64,000 nt of DNA from Pecten maximus (Eukaryota). Position 1 is the stretch's first letter; every line of letters begins with the position of its first letter. The translations under genes and the position numbers were made by a program. The stretch is taken from positions 19,902,001 through 19,966,000 of the forward strand of contig NC_047030.1 in the NCBI RefSeq assembly GCF_902652985.1, given 5' to 3'. Positions 14,187 to 43,397 of this stretch are shown one piece after another. The notes under the pieces were generated by a model. That model made no database searches, had not been told where the DNA came from, and saw only the letters and a program-made list of their open reading frames with translations.

Positions 14187-14546
14187 AGGGCCATTCCTTT
14201 GTTTGAATAAAATTTAGGTGGTCAAAACTAAACTTACTGAAAATTACTAGTATGTATTTTTTCCAAGTAGTGAAAGTTGTAATCTTTACATTAATACGAC
14301 AGTTTTACTCTCAAGATAAACCGAAGTTCTTCGAGTATTAAATCCTGAAAATTCTTAATTCGACCCGAGTATCACTGATTACCGAAAGATAAACGGTATT
14401 TGTATACGATACGCCTTTTTTCTTGTACATTTCGGTGTTTATTTCATCACTTATAGACACAAACAATCATATAATCATCGTTCGGACATATATTTCATCA
14501 ATAGAAATTGTGCATTTTTCTAATGTCTGATCGAAGGAATGTCCCT
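14187..14546. mobile_element. TTAA-targeting MITE (Kolobok-like)
   Basis: TTAA|AGGGCCATTCCTT ... AAGGAATGTCCCT|TCAA: a 13-bp TIR with one mismatch and a degenerate TTAA target site. Confidence 0.65.
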
Positions 14547-16614
14547 TCAACTAAGGAACCTCTCTTAGTTAAGGATACTTTCCTTTAATACTGTAATGCT
14601 TTATCCTAAGGGGTTTCCTTTTAAGTCACAATAGACAACCTCCATTGATACACATAAAGTTATGTCATTAGGACGTCACATTATGACATCACAATTGGCT
14701 GTCCAGATGTTTGGTCCCATAGTTCACCCAGCTTAGTTTTTAAAAACCTGTTTGCCAAAACCACTAAGTGACAGGATTATTGAGTACAAGTTGTAACAAC
14801 ATTATCAACGCCTATTCCTCAGTATACTGTAAACGTACATATATTGACGGTAATCTTATTTTAGAGATTTTCGCGCGTGGAAACCTTCCGCTAAAGCATG
14901 CTTGTGCTAATCGAACTTTCTGTCATTGTTTTCTGTGGCAAGCACTATTAGTGCGCTAATTTATGATTGCGCGAATGTGTTAAAATTCTGTTATCCGCTA
15001 AATTCTGAGTACGCTAAATTTGGTACGTTTATAGTATATCAAAACTACAAACATTAACACTATAACAACATAAAAAATAACTCTGTGGATCTTCTTGCAA
15101 AAAAGGTCATTTCTTTTTTAATGTCATATCATACACATCAGCAGTCTGAATGGTTTCAAAATTCGAATGAGGTTTATCCCGAAATCCTGATCTGTCGACA
15201 CAATACAATAATGATATTTTTCGATGAGTTCTCCAAGCATGTTAACACAATTTTGAGAGATGTAGCTGTGATGTCGTAACTCAAGACAACAGATTTTTTT
15301 TTATAACAGACGTCGTCAGAGCTACGAAAGGCTAAGGGTCCCATTCTCGCCAATGTGATAAGTCTTTGGATGCTGAAATAGTCCCAGGACATAACTGCTT
15401 CAGTATAACTTGGCAAAAATAGTTCCCTCAGCCAATATAGGGTACGATATATTGTAAACATTAAATACATTGATAGATTACCTAGACGTGACGTAATTTA
15501 TACATTTTCAATTTATATTTCCGGACATGACGGGCATCTCGCATGAATTACCATAAACCGTAAAATTGATATGATATGACAACTTAGGGTAGTTGGGGAC
15601 AGGCTGTACAGTCAAACATGCTGATGAATGTTTGAACTTTTATGTACAGAAATTAAAACATTAATGCATTTTAGAGAAAAGGAAAAACAAAACAAACAAA
15701 AAGAGAGAAAAAATGATAAATAGATAACTCCGGTTGCTACACTAGATCATATGGGGCCAATTCATACCCGGCCGAGGTGTTAGCTAAAGGCCGGGTATGA
15801 AAAATGGACAACGATGGCCATGTACTACATGTCTTTATTCATGTGTTAGATGCTCGCTCTGGCTAGTCGACCTGTTGTCATTACCATGTTTATTAACTTT
15901 ACGGATGTCGTCGTTTACCCTTCCGTGACTACATGATCTTTGTTCTTTTCAAGGGAAACCTTGTTAATCTATCTTTCGTTCATGTTTTCTCCCCTTTGTA
16001 AAGATGTATCTATTTTGAGTGGTACATTTGTACTTTCGGTTTCGTTTCACGCCGAAATGTTGTTTTTATTATCGTGACGACGATAGATGATCACCGATGG
16101 CTCTTTGCAGATTCAATGTATATATATAGTCAACATAGCGACAATAACCAAACCAAACAGGATGATTTACTGGTGTGTCAACAATTTAGCAAGTCAGGGG
16201 TTTTGACACACCAGCTAGACCTACAACGTTGTAGAAACTGATAGGAGTATATAAATGTCATATATCTCAATCGTTCCGAACGACATGCAAAGGCATACAC
16301 TATGTAATAAAGATATCGTAGCTCCTGGTGACTCTGAAACCCTAGCATTCACACTGCAAGGGAACGAAATATCTGGTCATATCACACGTGTAATAGCCTT
16401 ATAGATTATGTATGTGTATACATACTATATAGTTAGTATCTGACGTCACAGTTGTATCATAGTGTATAATTCTATATTTAGAATTCGTTCAGGCTACTTA
16501 TTTCTATAACGATTATCTGTTAAACATCGCCAATGCCACTGTTTCGTAACGTGAATGCTTATCTCTAACTCGTGACCTCTGACCTTTCACAAGTTAGCAG
16601 CGAAAACAGACAAC

Positions 16615-19600
16615 ATGTCGGTCCTCATCGTGGTGTGCGCTGCCTTGTTTGTGGCTCCCACTGTCGTTCACGGAAGTATAAATTCTGTCATAACAAAACT
16701 GTCTGACCGGATATTCTTTGATCAGAACACCCGGGACAGCACGGGCCACCCGCCTTTTTCTTGGAGCCATGTAAAGGGACTGTATGGCTCCGAGGTCAAA
16801 CTAAACTTCCATGGGGAGCCGGAAATGGCGCTGATCCGGGAAGCGTTCTCGGTTTATGATAATAACATGTTTGCCACGGCCTGGATTACATCATGTCTGA
16901 TAGAGACAACATTGTACGGTAAAGGCCCCATGACCATCCCTGGAATGATCGATTCCGCCGTGGACGCCATCGGTAAATTTCACAACCGGAACTACAATTT
17001 CACCAACTCCGTCATGACCTTCTGGCCTCAGGTTTTCAACGTAACGACACGGACATTCCAGAGTACTCCCTCTAACTTACTGCAGCTGTTCCAGCTCGCG
17101 GACAACGCCCCTGTTAAACTTCTTGAGGACTTGATGAAGATTTTCGGGTTGAAGGATATGGAGCAGGTTGTGGAACATCTTCTCATGGAAAAGTAAGTTG
17201 GCATCGAAAGAAAAGGGATTATGGGTGAAGTATTGGTTGTTGACGTCTACTGGTTGATTTGATGGTGTTCAATAATCTGGACTACAAAATACAAAATCTT
17301 CAATGCATTGTTTCACCCTTTAATTCAGACCTAAATCAAGCTTGGGGGTATCGCCCTGGGAAATTTTACCAGGGATGTAATATGACAGGAAATGACCGAA
17401 AGTCAATACTAGTCAATTTAGTAGATGCGTCAGTAGTAGTCGAAGAGTTATGATGACGCCGCATGCAGTCATTGCTCTATCAGGCATGGGTTAATATGGA
17501 CGTTAGCTGGAATCTGATTCAAACTGAGATTGGGCATCTTTTGAATTCTATACCCTGAGCAAATTTGTTTGTTTTAATATACGTTGTGTATTTTGTGGTT
17601 TCTGAGCGTTATCCATATGCAACATAAATAACTTAAATCATGACGTAATAATGACGCGGTCAAAAGGAAATAGGATTCGTATGATCTGATGTTAAGGTCA
17701 TCCATCTGTACGGGTTGTAATGCATCACATTGCGATAAAGTGATCAAGGTCATTTACCAGAAGAGCTTTCTGAAAACCATGATCACTGTAAATGGCTGGG
17801 TCGATGTGTAAAGCGTTGACGATACGTAGTTCAACATGGCGTATAATGACGTCATACCAATTGGAGTATTTGACTGTCTTGCTATATATAATGTGGTATT
17901 TGTTTAAACAAGGCATGTCTTGTCAAATAGTGACGAGTGTCGTGGTTCTACACATTTCTGTTGCTGATAAATGTTATAAAGACTGCAGTAGTACAGATGC
18001 ATTCTATCGCTCGTATTAATTAACGTTAATTTAGGAAGACATTTTCCCATGATGCTTTGCACATCTACAAATGTAAAATCATCCATTTATCAAACGTTCA
18101 AACTAAGATTTGGCTGGTTATTAACTTATTAGCATGACTGTTTAAACCGGTAACAGATTTACAATTGAGTATGATGAGTTACATTCATCAATTTCAGGGA
18201 AATGTTTGCTCGCGCTTTCCATATCCCTCCCGACTTCGACGATACATTTGTAAACCTTGGATTGGGAGCCTTGCTCAGACATGCGCAGGAACAATATCCA
18301 CATTCATGGAAGCAATGGCAGATACAAAACTCCAATATTTCGTCAGCACTGCACGCGCTCCGGAAATATGCCTATCGACCGTCCTCATCTAACCGGGATA
18401 TAAACACAATTGACACAAGAAGTTATTTATATATGAGATCTTTCCTTGACGACCATCACTACGAGGACCTCGCATTGGTCACCACTTGGGTGGGTATTGT
18501 AGTAAGAGTACCGAGATTTTAAAGAGGATATAGAGTCCAAATTTGATAATGTTATATTAGGTCGCAGATTCAATGAGGAAAGCATATCCCTGAAATTTCG
18601 GTTTAAATTTGCCTCTGTTTACTTTGTAACTGCACTGAAGTGTTGTGTTGTACGATAGATTGTAATAATTTAACTTTTTTTCTCTAGTAACCATTTCAAG
18701 ACTTTTGTCCCCAGGCCCAGAACACACGCGAGGCTACGGAGAATGACAAAAAGGGCGTGGCTATGCCTTTTGCCGTCAACAACGTTGACGTCACAGTCGC
18801 CGCTAACACTATTTATGGTCTCACGTCCGGGCTTCTGTCCAATATTATTGACGACCTGGAATTTGACGCCGACCTACAGGTTTGTGTTTTTTTCCCGTCT
18901 ATGTATCATTATTGACAGGATTAAATTGTGTCATTGATTAAAAATGAGTTTCCGCGTTCATAAGACAGAGATTTTTTTGATGGAATGCTTGTTTGAAAGG
19001 TTTATTGATTAAAAAGATATATATATAATACTAATCATTAGTTAATATATTATAACCTTATTTTTGGGAAATCGTCACTCAGTAGTACGCTATACGCAAT
19101 GTCACATGATCGTTTTGGCCGAGTCAGATTACAGGCGGAGTAGACGTATTTTTATGGGTAGGAATTCTGTTACCGACTCCATCTTTATGACGATTTACAT
19201 TGTACAATCTTCCGAATAAGTGCTTTGTCGCTGTGTTTTATAATCAACAGTGAATTAACCTGAACACCTCGCCATTATTACTATACTTTTATATTCTATA
19301 GAGAATATACCTGAACACCTCGTCACTTATTGCCCACGAGCTGACTTTCAACTTCTCCTCGAGGCCTGACCTTGCACTTACGTATTATCCGTCAGCACAC
19401 GAATGCTACTGGTTCGTGGCTCGAACTCTGTCGCTAATGCAAAGATACCTTTTTAACAACAACCAGACGGATTCACTTCCGTTTCCGGTGAGTGACACAA
19501 ACATGCGCAAAAGGTACGTGTTTCCAGACAAGCTTTGGCAATGCTATGTTTTCCACATTTTTTTCCACATTTTTTTCTATGAAATATTTTTAATTCAAAG

Positions 19601-22600
19601 CAAATATCGACATAATTAGAGATACAGTATATGATAAAATCGGAAGAAACTCTCCATTTTAGGTGATGAATGAGGTCAAAATCATGTTTACAAATGCTCT
19701 GCAATGGGCGGTAACTCCGACACTCATGAAGACTGCTAAGGATGATTTTGAAGGTCGCATATACTGGGACAATTTCCTTGGGGACGGGGATACCAACTCT
19801 GACAACTCGTCTGTGGTACGTGTGTTTGGTTTCATACTTTTTTATTTACTGTTGACGTGCGTAACTTCAATAATCATGTAGGAAACGATCAATTTGTCAA
19901 CACTGACATTTTAAAACATAATTTCCTTTATATATTGTTTGTAACCGTTTATCTTGCGTACATTTTGTATATCGGTATAAATCTTGACTTTTTGTATTAT
20001 CATGTGTGTAACCCTTGACCTTTTATCATGACCTAGCGTGTGATTCATGTTAACCTTGACATGATGTACAGTCCAATGTATTATCTGTGTTAACTCTGAC
20101 CTTGAAGACTGCCTAAGTTAACGTTAGCATAGCGCAATATTTGTGTTAACCTTACCTAGCGCAGCTTCTGTGCTAACCTCGACATTGTACAACATGTGTG
20201 TTAACTGCCGACTGCCTGTGTTAACCTTGACCTTGCCGACTACCTGTGTTAACCTTGACCTTGCAGACTACCTGTGTTAACCTTGACCTTGCCGACTGCC
20301 TGTGTTAACCTTTACCTTGCAGGCTTAATGTGTTAACCTTGACCTGACGCATCAGTTGTGTTAACATTGGCTTATCAGTGTCCCCTATTAACGTCTGTGT
20401 TTCCCTTTGACCTTGTGTTTCCCCAGGTCCGTGCAGAGGACAGAATATTCACCACTGCAATGGCGGTAAACACTTTGCTGGATATATGGACCGTGTACAA
20501 CCAGACGTCTTACCAACTGGAGTGGTTGCCAAGTAACTATTCTTAACGGACCGAGTACACTGCTTCGCTACATGTCTTTTCGTGATATCCTATACATATC
20601 GTTCTTACTATAACTTAACATATATTAAATATATAAGTATCATTCCATTTGATATAATTTATGATATTACCAAAGTCTTTCGCATATATATACTTCATAA
20701 ACCAAACTAAAACCATCATGCTTGCTTAGTTTTATTTCTATTATGATTGATAACGACCATCTCGTGTTGTCGTGACGGCGTCTTGTCGCTTTGGCGCGTT
20801 CTCAAACCGTGACATCTCGAAATTTAACAGTTAAAATGTCGTCTTGTCGCGTTTTCAAACCAAGACAAGACGCCATTATGACATTTTGAACAAGCCAATT
20901 AGCGGACATAGCATGTCGTGTTGGTGCGGTTAAATGGCGTGTTGACAGGCAATCATTTTCAATTTTGACATTTGAAGTTTGTTTTTCGCTAATTCTCAAA
21001 AAGTATTTCATAGATATTTCCCGAATTTCATAAGTAGGTTGCTCTGGTATGAGTTTGAGATTGTATCTTTATTCCTCAAAGAGATCTTGATGGATCTTTC
21101 AGACTTCATAATATTATACAGCTTCTTCTTGTTTTCAAAAGATCAAGAGGAAGAAGGGAAACTAGAGAAAAAACAGTCTTGTAGAGATTTAATAAAGGTC
21201 ATGCGATGTTGGGCGCCAAGATCTCTCTGGGATCTCTTACTTTTCATTTTCCGCTATTGGGACGAAAAATGGGATTAATAATTTCGATACGAAAAAACAA
21301 ATTGTCACACCATAGCCACCATATTAAATATTAAAGTAACTGTATATAAGTTGTTTTGAAGGTGTGATCCCCAATGGTTAAACAATAATACATCTATATT
21401 TGTATATGTACTACTTTGGTTACAATTTGTAGGTGTGACACCTCAATTTAACGACACTATCCGGAGAGCAGTGGCATGGCTAACGGATTTCTCCACCGGC
21501 TCCACATACAAACCCTGGAACACGTTCTTCTCCGGCTCTGGCAAGAGTTTAAGGGTCAGTCGTACATTGCACGTGGTTACTGTACAGAAAGGAGGGCGAT
21601 ATAACAGTTTTAAACCTGAAAATTCAGTTGCAGTCAAACCTGTCTATTAAGGCCACTCACGGGGCAGATAAAAGTGACATTGAAAGACAGATGATCTTTA
21701 TATAGATTTACATAGTCAGTCAAACCTGTCTATAAAGGTCACTCACGAGGCAGATAAAAGTCAAATTGAAAGGCAGATTATCTTTATATAGATTTATATA
21801 CTGAGTAGTCAGTCAAACCTGTCTATTAAGGCCAATCAATGGGATAGATAAAAGTGACATTGATAGACTGATGATCTTAGAATTATAGAGTCAAACTCAC
21901 GAGGACAGGGTATAAATGACCTTCATGTGAAGGTTCCTATACAATACCTCACATAAAATTAGTAACCGAAACATGTGTCTGTTAGATCAATGTTGTCATA
22001 GAACTGACCTTTATAGACAGGTTTCTGGTAACTTGGTAGAATGAAGACATGGGGATGGTGAATGGGGTAGATTGTGCACGGATAAAGTATGTGAATGTGC
22101 CACCTGGAAGAAGTTGAACATACTCTGAAAGATATAAAAATCATTGATCCATCTCACTCTTCCATAGAATTCATACCCAGTTTCATTTAGGAAAAAGTGT
22201 GTCCACAAGCAATCCTTTACAGGCAGACGACTTTCAGAGCAAGCTTCTTAGTGTCTTTCATACTTGGATATTGGTATTTCGTATATTGCTCGAACATTTT
22301 TGCTGCATGTGGTCTTTATAGACAAGTTTAAGTATTTAGAATTTGTCGTTATTGACAGGGTTTTCTGTATAAACATCGTAACAACATCTGAAACATCAAA
22401 GTGTTCAAGCACACAACTTTATACACCTTTGGTTCTCAAAGATGATGAAGATATAATGTCCACAGAATATGATGACGATAATATCCACAGAATATGATGA
22501 CGATATAATGTCCGCAGAATATGATGACGATATAATGTCCACAGAATATGATGACGATATAATGTCCACAGAATATGATGACGATAATGTCCACGGAATA

Positions 22601-22736
22601 TCATGACGATATACTTTTTTTTTTAGTAATGTCCACAGAATATCAGGACAGTAATGTCTACGTAAGATTGATTTTTATGATTTCAAGAGAATGTTATAGA
22701 AAAAAGTGTTGTTGCCATTCCCGGTCTCGTCCCTTT

Positions 22737-22768
<32 letters not shown>

Positions 22769-23137
22769 ATCTGGAAATAACAGTGTCATTTTCCCCTGTG
22801 TTTATATAAATGAGTAGAATAGTTTTGTTGTATATTACAGAGTATGCCGTTTTGGTACCCTGCCAACAGAATTGAATTCATGAATGGAACTGCTATAGAC
22901 CCATCAGTATTCCCTCATGGCGTCGAGTTCCTCATAGGAATGTCTGGATACGTTTCAACTGATAAATACAACGATATGTTGAAAGTTCCACATTTCGGGA
23001 AAATGACACCCATGGGCTTCCCCGGATATAACGATCCCACACAACCTCACGGATTTTTCCCGTTCTGGTCGTCGGACTCATATACTTACGCTGCCACTCT
23101 ATTGGCGCTATCTAAATATACCAACATCAAACAGTGA
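16615..23137 (+). CDS. Secreted 632-aa protein, class II terpene cyclase-like (alpha/alpha toroid) with DxDDT motif; 8 exons
   Basis: Exons 16615-17192, 18198-18489, 18715-18879, 19302-19487, 19663-19815, 20427-20532, 21433-21554 and 22841-23137 splice in frame (1899 nt, all GT-AG). Signal peptide MSVLIVVCAALFVAPTVVHG, many N-x-S/T sequons, and motifs DNNMFATAWI, PPDFDDT, NNVDVTVAAN, YYPS...YWFVAR, TTAMAVNTLL and WSSDSYTYAATLLAL. The gene model is confident; the function is inferred. Confidence 0.85.
20205..20345. repeat. 27-bp minisatellite (CTGTGTTAACCTTGACCTTGCCGACTA) upstream of exon 6
   Basis: About 5 clean units, with degenerate units extending back to about 19980. Confidence 0.85.
21631..21900. 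repeat. About 90-bp tandem repeat of a pogo-like MITE terminus (CAGTCAAACCTGTCTAT...)
   Basis: Three copies at about 21631, 21717 and 21810. The start resembles the TIR of the MITE at 35926. Confidence 0.65.
22441..22645. repeat. 27-bp minisatellite (GATGACGATATAATGTCCACAGAATAT)
   Basis: About 6-7 units visible directly. Confidence 0.9.
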
Positions 23138-23578
23138 TAAAGATGTATTAGGGACTCGCCTGTTGGTTTTGTTATTAAATCAGAACAGAGAAAAATGTTC
23201 TTCTTTACAAATGGAATGCATTTAGGTGAACCAGCCTGGTTTATTTGCGAAAATAAAATACAATAAAAGTAATGATGTGGTCATATAAGGATGCTGTACG
23301 TCCTTATTGTCACTTGTTAAAATGACAAGACACAATAAAAAATCAGGCATCATAAGTCGAAGTTGTAACATGGCTTAGCACGTGCTTTCACTCAATGCCC
23401 TACACACGAAGAACGACAACTCCTATCTAATAACTAAAATATTTGTACAATTCACAATGCGCAAACTTGTTCTAAATCTACTGTTACTTATACAAAACAC
23501 AACCATAACAATTTTGTGGTAATACATAAAATTCAGATACACTGTAGTTCTATTTCAGTGTATTATGATAACAGTTAG

Positions 23579-24092
23579 TTGGTTTGGTTTGGTTTATTTT
23601 GTTTAACCTCCTATTAACAGCTAAGGTCATTTAAGGACGGCCTCCCGTGCGTGCGACATGCATGCGTGTGGGGAGTGTGTATGTGTGTTTTGGGAGGCTG
23701 CGGTATGTTCGTGTTAAGTCTCCTTGTGATAGGCCGGAACTTTTGCCGATTTATTGTGCTACCTCACTGAAGCATACTGCCGAAGACACCCAGCAGCACA
23801 CCCCACCCGGTCACATTATACTGACAACGGGCGAACCAGTCGTCCCACTCCTAATATGCTGAGCGCTAAGCAGGAGCAGCAACTACCATTTTTAAAGACT
23901 CTGGTATATCTCGGCTAGGGGACATAACTCAAAGCCTTCCTCACAGGGCCGAACGCTCAACTAAAGGCCAAAAGTGAGGCATTATCAAGGGAGACATTAG
24001 GAAGAAGAAAGCTGTTCAGAAAGAGAAAAGATAAGATCCCAAATTTAGTCGCCTCTTACGATCATGCAATGGGGGCAGCAGGTACCATTCTT
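23579..24092 (-). mobile_element. tRNA-derived Meta-domain SINE with a 5' extension
   Basis: Minus strand: degenerate A/B-box head (about 23980-23915), Meta-like core GACTGGTTCGCCCGTTGTCAGTATAATGTGACCGGGTGGGG, and a tail AATGACCTTAGCTGTTAATAGGAGGTTAAAC followed by (AAACC)n. Confidence 0.75.
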
Positions 24093-24111
24093 ACAGTTAG
24101 TAAATATACGC

Positions 24112-24272
24112 TTGTACATGGACGCTTTCACATGTTAGGACATGGACGCTTTCACATGTTAGGACATGGACGCTTTCACATGTTAGTACATGGACGCTTT
24201 CACATGTTAGTACATGGGCGCTTTCACATGTTAGTACATGGACGCTTTCACATGTTAGTACATGTACGCTCA
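24112..24272. repeat. 24-bp minisatellite (TAGTACATGGACGCTTTCACATGT), about 6.5 copies
   Basis: Visible directly; explains ORFs 24069 and 24097. Confidence 0.92.
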
Positions 24273-24669
24273 CGCTGTGTACAATATTTCGTTCGGGTAC
24301 AGAACTTGACATGATATAACATGGGACAGTTAGTATTACTTACAAAAAGGTTTCAGTAAATCTGAATCTTTAATTCTTAATATCCCTCGGGACTGTCTGG
24401 GAGGGGGTATACTAGCTTCGGTTCGTTTACCGTTTTCAGTGCTCCACTAGACGACTTCATTATTTTTAACGGATTTTGATCAAACTTCATACATTGGCCA
24501 TGTATGAGATTACATGGAACAAGGTCGTGTTTCAAGGTGCAAAGGTCAATGACAAGGTCACTAACTATCTATGAAAAAAACCATCTTGTAAGTTCTCTGT
24601 TGAGTTCATTATTGAATGCATTTGATCAAACGCCAAATATTGGACGCTTTCGATTTGTTGTTGTGTGAG

Positions 24670-24988
24670 TGTAACAGGAGAGGGAGACGCGACGACGAGA
24701 CCGGGACTCGATCCCGTGACCCCCGAGCTCTAGACGGACGCTCTAATCATTTGAACTACATGTACTGGCCACCGGCGTTCAGCTCAGCCCGCTACTCCTC
24801 TCTACTTCAACAAAGTCTTCGATCCCGACACAGACGTGCCCTATATGATTTAATTGGGCGCAGAATGTAACAGGAGAAGAAAATGCAACAACCACATCGG
24901 GACTCGAACTCATGACCTCTGAACTTTTAGACTCTAACTATTTGAGTTGCATGGCCTCTGGCGTTCACCCTAGTCCAGTTCCGTTACA
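24670..24988 (-). mobile_element. Decayed miniature LTR element (TRIM-like) with tRNA-like LTRs
   Basis: Two ~125-bp direct repeats (24670-24796 and 24866-24988) bounded by TGTAAC...G(C/T)TAC(A), each with tRNA A/B-box-like sequence on the minus strand. The ~70-bp spacer has a PBS-like GCGCCCAA and a purine tract GAAGTAGAGAGGAG. Confidence 0.55.
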
Positions 24989-25029
24989 AAAGCTTCTATC
25001 TTTTCAAACATGCAGATGGACCTCTATCG

Positions 25030-25690
25030 CCTAATGAAAGAACCCAACTTTTCCTTCAATTACACATAATGATACAAAATCTTGATATTGACCGTGTCGA
25101 TTGGATGTATACCCGGTAGAGCCACTCTTCAATACAAGTCGCTTATCTCGATCTTTACCTACCACGTAGAAAGTAGAGAGAGTCATAACTAACCTGTAAG
25201 ATTGTCCATTTCTTGATAGTGGCGACTATAGGCTTCCCAGTTAAACTTTCTAAGCGTCCCATGCCTCAGTTGATTTGACATTCAAAGACTTATTCCCATT
25301 ATCACGATTTCCGTGACTGATGTCGACCTATGACGAAAAGACTAACAAACCGGGGTTTTTAGCAGGTTAGAAAAATAAAAACAAAACAAAAAAATTAAGA
25401 CAATGGGAAATTTTTATGATTGACATCATGATATCATAAGGAAAAAAATAGTCTACTCCATGGCTACACTAAATCAACCGTGGGTATCCGAAGATGCTGT
25501 GCGATATGACGTTTCGAATTAGCTTATATGGTCACTACCCTGGCTCTAGTTGTGAGGGTGTGGGTATAAACCCGTAAAAGACGCGCTTGCCCTCCTTGAA
25601 CACCTGGTCGGGTTTTTTTTTACGTGCATGAAATATGTTTGGTCCTCGTTTTGTCGATTTTCTGTATCGTTTGTATTTCGGTACTATCAT
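25030..25690 (+). mobile_element. Degenerate Penelope-like retroelement 3' fragment
   Basis: Broken translation gives 'AYLDL', 'IVHFL' and 'QLI*HSKTYSHYHDFRD*CRPMTKRLTNRGF', similar to the C-terminal RT region of PLEs. Many stops and indels. Confidence 0.55.
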
Positions 25691-26099
25691 GTTTAGACCA
25701 CTTAAAACAGATTATAAATTATTAACCCACCACATACTACAGTTAGGTGTCATGTGTGTAGTTATATAGGACTATGTACATGTATTGTATTGGTACGTTT
25801 TTAATTGTTATTTATAGGTGTAGTTGAATTCACATATTTTATTTGATTACATTTTTAACACTTCAACACATCCATGGAAAAACAGCCTATAGATAGATCT
25901 TTGGTGGATTCAATTAAAAATAAAAAAAAAAAAAATAAAAGTCTGAAACAAAATGTAATTTGAACTTTGAACACCATCCCCTTCCTCCTCCCAAAGCAAC
26001 AAATCGTCATTTTGGGTATTTAATCAAATATTGACGCCGTCGAATTTATTTCAACATTTCTGACATCCGACACTGTTGTTTACTGGTTGGAGGTTATCG

Positions 26100-26165
26100 G
26101 GTACACTTCGGCTTCACGTCTGGCTGCGCAGTCAACACACACTCTCGCACGTGGAGCTACGTCAG
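26100..26165 (+). other. GART: Probable non-coding first exon of GART
   Basis: CpG-rich stretch ending in CAG|GTAGGT at 26165/26166, about 700 bp upstream of the ATG exon. Start is approximate. Confidence 0.45.
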
Positions 26166-26864
26166 GTAGGTGTGTGACAACAGTCAGATACGTATTGTGT
26201 TAAAGTATATAAATATGGTTTTGAAGTAGTCTCACTTGGTCAGACTCTGCAAGATGTAATAAAGTTCTATTTTTAGCGGCAGATATCCAGTCATAAGTGA
26301 CACCGTCCGTGAAGCACATGGCAGGCCTCCTACTCATCGTTGTAAAATGTTATTTTGTGAATCTTTCATGATTTAGGCCTTATCCATTTCGATTGAATTT
26401 ATAAACCGAGTCAATGTGTTTATGTTAGATTGTGTATCCACGAGTCTTGGAAAATATTTTTCAAACTGATGTGAAATATTACAGGATATATCTATTTATA
26501 GATGTTAAATGTGTCAACATATTGAACTTAAGTTTTGTTTGTTGTTCAAGACGTCATAATACCAGTGACGTCAGGAAGTTGAAAAAGCATACCATCATAA
26601 ATTCATTAGGCCAATATGTAACTTTGTGAGAAATGAAATTGTCTTTTTTTATTATTATTTTTTTTTACAACTAAAAAAAACACTTCTTACAAGACTTCAC
26701 CTCATTCTAGATGTTAATTCACTGATTTAATCAAAGCAAACTTCAGAAAGAGATGGGAGACAAAGTAGTTATATATAGGGTTATGATATCCAGCCCACTG
26801 TATGCTAAGTCTAATAATTAAGTGGAGTGATTTACTTTGGACACTGCAGGTAAGGAGAAACTGA

Positions 26865-43134
<16,270 letters not shown>

Positions 43135-43148
<14 letters not shown>

Positions 43149-43397
43149 AAGGACAAAGGTCACATTGTCTGATGTCAGTAAAAGGCCAAAGGTCACACAG
43201 ACTGCTGTCATAGAAAGGTCAAAGGTCACATAGGCTGATTTCATTAAAAGGTCGAAGGTCAAAACGTCTGATGTCGTTAAAAGGTCAAAGGTCACAAAAG
43301 AAAATAAGACTTGTGTCGGTAAAGGACAAAGGTCACACAGACTGTTGTCATTAAAAGGTCAAAGGTCACATAATCTGATGTCAGTGGAAGGTGAAGG
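43135..43397 (+). repeat. 33-bp degenerate repeat starting over the GART stop codon
   Basis: TCTG(G/A)TGTCAGTAAAAGG(A/C/T)CAAAGGTCACA, about 8 copies. Confidence 0.8.

Noticed and set aside
24030-24092. HDV-like ribozyme fold for the CGTAAGAGGCGACTAA motif
   Set aside because: Too few nucleotides between the putative P2 and P4 to form P3 and P1; kept only as an unclassified motif.
23915-24960. Functional tRNA genes
   Set aside because: The A/B boxes are degenerate, no full cloverleaf could be folded, and they are embedded in SINE or TRIM-like repeats.
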